From sequence record NC_007409.1: 32,000 nucleotides of DNA; one strand, given 5' to 3'. The notes under the pieces are model-generated. The model did no database searches, was not told the DNA's origin, and worked only from the letters and a program-made list of their open reading frames with translations. Source of the stretch: Bicaudavirus pozzuoliense. Below are positions 27,162-32,000 of this stretch, in pieces. Every line of letters begins with the position of its first letter. Positions within the stretch are counted from its first letter, which is position 1. Both the position numbers and the translations under genes were made by a program.

Positions 27162-30100
27162 TCAGTCCTGACTCCTCGAAGCCCAGAGCCCAATTATGAT
27201 GATTATCAACGCACCGACTACCGTTCCATACACTACACTCGTAGGAATGCCGATTACGATCAAGAAGGGCGCTACGAAGAATATATAGATTATTGAACCC
27301 ATGCCAGCGAACTTCGGCACGCTTCTAACTGCTAGAGATATGAAGAACGAACCAGCAAAAAGCAGGAACAAAGGCAGGGCATAGATTGGTGGTAGAACAG
27401 CTGATATAGCATTCCTCAGCGAGAGTACGTTCACGTTGTTAGCAGAAATTGGTATGGTAACAGTGTGATTGCCGTAAGATATGATCACGTTCTCATCCCC
27501 ATTAACTAAAGGCACTTGGAACGTTTGCCCAGGCTCTATTGTGAAGCTCTTAATAACAGTACCGTTGGTGTACTCTATCGTAACGTTAAGTGGAGTTGTT
27601 ATGGCGGAAGTCACATAAGAGCTGATGTACACTCCTGTGGAGTTAACGCTAGTAGAGAAAAGCACCGAACCGTTAGGCGTGGACAGAGCAGGATGGAAGA
27701 GTAACGGCACGTGGACATATACAGAGCCATTTAAAACTACTTGGATAGTGTTAGGACTGGTAGATATAGACGACGATGACGATGATGAGGAGGAAGACGA
27801 TGGTGGTGTTGGTGTTGTCGAAGATGGCGGAGTAGTAGACGCAGACAGCTGTGTTTGTGCTCCCTTGAACGTAAACGTATTAGTGCCAGACATCCCTATG
27901 ATACCTGGGGGCGTATAAGTAAACGAAGGATTAGTGTAAGTTGCAGGATAGCCATATAGAGAGAGAATTTGAGCATCAGCTGTAATACTAAAACCATTAC
28001 TTAACGCATTGAAAGAAACGTAAGGAGCTGGCATTAGGACTAAGACTGGGCTTTGCGGAGTAGTGTTCATGTAGAGAAATGTAGAGAAGACAGTGTTTGC
28101 ACCGGGCATATAGCCAGAGAAGACGCTGAGACCTTTGGGCACAGCTGTATTATTCACCAGAACTGTCGTGGTGTTCATGAAATATGGGTATGCATATTGC
28201 GAACCGACGAAACCCTGCGCATAGGATGGAGAGACTAAAACAAAGGGGCTTGATCCTTGAGATATAGAGAAGTATGAGACGTAGAAAAGATTCTGAGTGT
28301 CAACTCTTATGGCAACATAGCCGATCTGAGACCAAGGAAATGGTGTGTTTACATTAAGCGTATATGCCGTAGAATTGATATACACAGTACTAATAGTCAC
28401 GTTTCCTGCACTATTTTCCGTGAAGGTGACAGTGAACGTGAAGGGATAAGCTGTTGAGGGTGTAGGATATGCTGACGACCGCAATTCAACCCAGTTCGCA
28501 TTTGTCCCATGATACCAGATGTTGCCACTGAATGTTACCAAGAGCGCTAGGAAGCCACTAGCGTAATCATATGGTTGATCCCCAATATTTGGCGAGTATA
28601 TCGAAATGCCAGGGTTGTACTGTATCCCAGAAGGATAGCTAGTTATGTGGATTGTCACATTCATTGTGTTACTTGACGGAGTGTAACGCCAAGCGACGTA
28701 TTGGGACGAACACGCCGCGGCGACGTCCAACACTAATTGACCGTTCTGCCAATAAGGCAATGTCTTCCAGCTAGTGGATTCCACCATCGGTATTACAGGA
28801 ACTATACCCTCGCTCACCGCCATTTGTGGGTACAAGAAGAGTGGTGTATTACCACTATACGCACCTATGCTCGGTATTACCATGTATGTAGATGTGCTAA
28901 TGATGGGATATTGTGTGGTTACCTGAGATGGAGAAGACACAGTAACGAGTGGTAGGGTAGCCTGGGAATAAACAATGGGTGCTTGAGAAACGTAAACGTC
29001 ATAGGAGATTGGATAGGGAAAGATCGCCATATACACGGTGCCCGTATAAGGCGTGTTAGTGTATGGGTTTGTGACTAGCTCGTAAGCATACAGCTGTTGT
29101 GTGGTAGAGAAGTATGAGACGTAGAAGAGATTCGAAGGGTCACCTCTTATGCCAATATAACCAATCTGAGACCAAGGAAATGGTGTGTTAAAATTGAGTG
29201 TATATGCCGTTGAGTTGATGTACACAGTACTGACAGTCACATTTCCTGCACTGTTTTCCGTGAAGGTGACAGTGAAGGTGAATGGATAAGCTGTCGAAGG
29301 TGTAGGAAACGCTGATGACTTCAACAAAACGAACCCATTTAGCCCATGATACCAGATGTTGCCATTGAACGCTACCAAGAGCGATAGGAAGCCACTGACC
29401 TCATCATATGGTTGGTCCCCAACATTCGGTGAGAATATCTCAATGCCAGGATTGTCCCCGCTGGGTATTCCAGAAGGAAAACTGGTTATGTGGATTGTCA
29501 CATTTATTGTATTTCCTACTGGTGTGTAACGCCAAGCGATGTATTGCGACCCGGACGCCCCGGTGACGTTAAACACTAATTGTCCATTCTGCCAATAAGG
29601 CAATGTCTTCCAGTCAGTGGACTCTACGCTATTGACAAACGGTGACGGAGATACTGCGAAGTACGAGACGTAGAAAAGATCATAGCAACTTGTTATGCCA
29701 ATATAACCAATCTGAGACCACGGGAACGGAGTGTTCAAATTCACCGTGTGTGCCGTCGAATTGATGTACACAGTGCTGACAGTCACATTGCCTGCACTAT
29801 TTTCCGTGAAGGTGACAGTGAAGGTGAATGGATAAGCTGTCGAAGGTGTAGGATATGCTGACGACTTCAACAAATCGCACCCACTAATCCCACTTATCCC
29901 GTGATACCAGATGTTGCCATTGAAGGTTACCAAGAGCGCTAGGAAACCACTGGCCTGAGCATATGGTTGGTTTCCGACATTCGGTGAGAATATCTCAATA
30001 CCAGGATAGGTCCCACCGGATATCCCACTAGGCCAACTGGTTATGTGGATCGTCACATTAAATGTGTTACTTGACGGGGTGAAACGCCAAGCGATGTATT

Positions 30101-31025
30101 GACCCCCGGCAGACGCCCCAGTGCCGTTTATTACCAATTCACCATTCTGCCAATAAGGCAATGTCTTCCAGTCAGTGGACTCTACGCTATTGACAAACGG
30201 TGACGGAGATACTGCGAAGTACGAGACGTAGAAGAGATTATCTATGTCACCTCTTATGCCGACATACCCAATCTGAGACCACGGGAACGGTGTATTCACA
30301 TTGACTGTATACGCTGTTGAGTTGATGTACACAGTACTGACAGTCACATTTCCTGCACTGTTTTCCGTGAAGGTGACAGTGAAGGTGAATGGATAAGCTG
30401 TCGAAGGTGTAGGATATACTACTGACAACTCAACCCAGTTCCCATTTGTCTCATGATACCAGATTTGGCCATTGAAGGTTACCAAGAGCGCTAGGAAACC
30501 ACTGGTGCCAATATCAGTTGGTTGGTCCCCAACAGTTGGTGAGTATATCGCAATACCAGGACTGTACGGGTTGTTTATCCCAGAAGGCCAACTGGTTATG
30601 TGGATCGTCACATTAAATGTGTTACTTGACGGAGTATAACGCCAAGCGATGTATTGCCCTCCGTGAGGCGCCGAGGGGCAGTTAAACACTAATTGTCCAT
30701 TCTGCCAATAAGGCAACGTTTCCCAGCCAGTGGATTCCACAGTGTTCACGGTCCATGTAGTTTTTGAAAACAGCTGTTCATACGCGTATAATTGCCCAGT
30801 AAGGTTAGAATACTCGAAGAATCTGATGTTGCTTCCTTGCGGGTTCAGCCACGGTAGATTCGCAACATCCAGTATGAATGGCTCACTGCTGATACTGGTC
30901 TCACCTACGTACGCTGTTGCGTACGTCGTGCTTGTGTTTATGCTTGAATGTGCTGGCGGTATTATCACTGGTATTATGAATAAAGTGAGAACAAGGACGA
31001 CAATAGAAACTTTGCGCACTTTCAT
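27162..31025 (-). CDS. Giant surface/secreted repeat protein with signal peptide and C-terminal TM region; start probably ATG at 31025 (1287 aa)
   Basis: MKVRKVSIVVLVLTLFIIPVIIPPAHSS signal; four 'VEST.WKTLPYWQNG(Q/E)LV...FNVTIHITS.PSGI...SP..GDQP' modules; Ser/Pro/Thr stalk; C-terminal hydrophobic helices. Confidence 0.85.
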   Translation of the reverse strand: MKVRKVSIVVLVLTLFIIPVIIPPAHSSINTSTTYATAYVGETSISSEPFILDVANLPWLNPQGSNIRFFEYSNLTGQLYAYEQLFSKTTWTVNTVESTGWETLPYWQNGQLVFNCPSAPHGGQYIAWRYTPSSNTFNVTIHITSWPSGINNPYSPGIAIYSPTVGDQPTDIGTSGFLALLVTFNGQIWYHETNGNWVELSVVYPTPSTAYPFTFTVTFTENSAGNVTVSTVYINSTAYTVNVNTPFPWSQIGYVGIRGDIDNLFYVSYFAVSPSPFVNSVESTDWKTLPYWQNGELVINGTGASAGGQYIAWRFTPSSNTFNVTIHITSWPSGISGGTYPGIEIFSPNVGNQPYAQASGFLALLVTFNGNIWYHGISGISGCDLLKSSAYPTPSTAYPFTFTVTFTENSAGNVTVSTVYINSTAHTVNLNTPFPWSQIGYIGITSCYDLFYVSYFAVSPSPFVNSVESTDWKTLPYWQNGQLVFNVTGASGSQYIAWRYTPVGNTINVTIHITSFPSGIPSGDNPGIEIFSPNVGDQPYDEVSGFLSLLVAFNGNIWYHGLNGFVLLKSSAFPTPSTAYPFTFTVTFTENSAGNVTVSTVYINSTAYTLNFNTPFPWSQIGYIGIRGDPSNLFYVSYFSTTQQLYAYELVTNPYTNTPYTGTVYMAIFPYPISYDVYVSQAPIVYSQATLPLVTVSSPSQVTTQYPIISTSTYMVIPSIGAYSGNTPLFLYPQMAVSEGIVPVIPMVESTSWKTLPYWQNGQLVLDVAAACSSQYVAWRYTPSSNTMNVTIHITSYPSGIQYNPGISIYSPNIGDQPYDYASGFLALLVTFSGNIWYHGTNANWVELRSSAYPTPSTAYPFTFTVTFTENSAGNVTISTVYINSTAYTLNVNTPFPWSQIGYVAIRVDTQNLFYVSYFSISQGSSPFVLVSPSYAQGFVGSQYAYPYFMNTTTVLVNNTAVPKGLSVFSGYMPGANTVFSTFLYMNTTPQSPVLVLMPAPYVSFNALSNGFSITADAQILSLYGYPATYTNPSFTYTPPGIIGMSGTNTFTFKGAQTQLSASTTPPSSTTPTPPSSSSSSSSSSSISTSPNTIQVVLNGSVYVHVPLLFHPALSTPNGSVLFSTSVNSTGVYISSYVTSAITTPLNVTIEYTNGTVIKSFTIEPGQTFQVPLVNGDENVIISYGNHTVTIPISANNVNVLSLRNAISAVLPPIYALPLFLLFAGSFFISLAVRSVPKFAGMGSIIYIFFVAPFLIVIGIPTSVVYGTVVGALIIIIIGLWASRSQD

Positions 31026-31227
31026 ATACTCTACTCTGAAAAATGGCAGAAAAACTTCTGACGGCGGGGTTTGTCGTTCGCTTTCGACCCAAAGCGAAAC
31101 CCTCCAAACATATTTATTTGCGCTTTCTGCCGATTCTTCGTGAGAAAGCGAAATGAGAGAAAACACGCCTAAACTACAAAAAAGCGGAGAAAAATACAAA
31201 TTTTTCCTCTATAACAGAGACTTCACT

Positions 31228-31252
31228 TATTCATATATATTATATATGAATA
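31228..31252. promoter_or_regulatory. Perfect 25-bp palindrome TATTCATATATATTATATATGAATA overlapping the integrase promoter
   Basis: 12-bp perfect arms around a single central base, ending 13 bp before the integrase ATG. Confidence 0.7.
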
Positions 31253-31264
31253 TAGTGGTGGCCT

Positions 31265-31990
31265 ATGGATAAAGACGAACTGAAAGAAATTATTAAGAAT
31301 TTACCCGACAACTCTCCAAAAATTCTAGAGTATCTAAAACTAGCCAAAGAAAAAGGCTGGAAAGACATCGTCAACATGATCGCACAAAAATTAGGGCTAG
31401 AAGAGGAGGAGAAGAAGAAGACTGATGAGACAGACGTCCTTAAGAAAATCCTGAAACCGTTAGGCAAAGGAAAGATAAAAGGGACATGGGACTACAGCGT
31501 GGACTTCGTCGAGGCTAAGAAGACTCTCGTCAGTGCGTACAAACAGCTGTACGATACGAATCTGATGCCGTATGAGGCCTACGTTGCCATTCTTTTGATT
31601 CAGCTTGTCAATGGGTGCAGAATCAGAGAGGCCATCAGGGCGTTCAAGACGTTCATCGAGTCTGGAGAAAGAGAATTCCAATTACAGGCACAGAAGCACG
31701 GCAATATACGCTTCATGATCATACCAGACGTGGTAAAGAAAAAAGCGACATACAACGCAGTGCTAACTATAGATGACGAAAAACTAAGCGCAAGAATTAG
31801 AATGTTCGCGCTCCACTACCTTAAGGCAAACACGCACTCATTGAGGTATGCGCTAATCAGCTACTTAGCAAAGAACGGTATCGATCCAGCCATCATCGCA
31901 AAGATAACCGGGCATAAACGTTTGGACAGAATAATAACGTACACGCAGACGAAGGACGCAATTGAAATGTTGAGAAAGCTCGCAGATTAA
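31265..31990 (+). CDS. int: Tyrosine recombinase / viral integrase
   Basis: Catalytic pattern: R in NGCRIREAIRAF, K in the VVKKKATYNAV segment, HSLRYALISYLAKNG (HxxR), GHKRLDRIITYT (GH...Y). Confidence 0.88.
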   Translation: MDKDELKEIIKNLPDNSPKILEYLKLAKEKGWKDIVNMIAQKLGLEEEEKKKTDETDVLKKILKPLGKGKIKGTWDYSVDFVEAKKTLVSAYKQLYDTNLMPYEAYVAILLIQLVNGCRIREAIRAFKTFIESGEREFQLQAQKHGNIRFMIIPDVVKKKATYNAVLTIDDEKLSARIRMFALHYLKANTHSLRYALISYLAKNGIDPAIIAKITGHKRLDRIITYTQTKDAIEMLRKLAD

Positions 31991-32000
31991 AAAGACAGCT

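Noticed and set aside
28700-30750. Large spaced repeats as possible transposable element copies
   Set aside because: All in one open reading frame and encode homologous protein modules, so intragenic module duplication explains them.

Overview
The window looks like part of an Acidianus two-tailed virus (ATV)-like bicaudavirus genome, family Bicaudaviridae, infecting Sulfolobales. I recognise this from recalled ORF sizes and content (892, 653, 618, 529, 387, 326, 131 aa) and have not run a database search. Supported content: the 3' part of a giant Lys/Asp- and Thr/Pro-rich coiled-coil ORF that stays open to the left window edge; an AAA+ ATPase (529 aa); a second P-loop ATPase (289 aa); a MoxR-type AAA+ ATPase (618 aa) and a VWA-domain protein (892 aa); three paralogous 'MQPWEYVY(D/K)LLMP' proteins (653/387/362 aa); the 131-aa structural protein; a polytopic GT-C-like membrane protein; a TnpB element; a ParB-like protein; a giant repeat-containing surface protein; and a tyrosine integrase. 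The strongest unexplained signal is the 8-bp palindrome ACAGCTGT. I counted 24 exact copies in 32 kb against about 0.4-0.5 expected by composition. They are fairly evenly spaced (mean about 1.3 kb), 17 inside genes and 7 intergenic, several of the latter fused to archaeal TATA boxes. Other leads are scattered solo copies of the TnpB right-end/omegaRNA-like motif, a shared 19-bp promoter core, a promoter-like region with GC-rich palindromes between convergent genes, a 25-bp palindromic operator at the integrase, and a possible catalytically dead tyrosine-recombinase relative.
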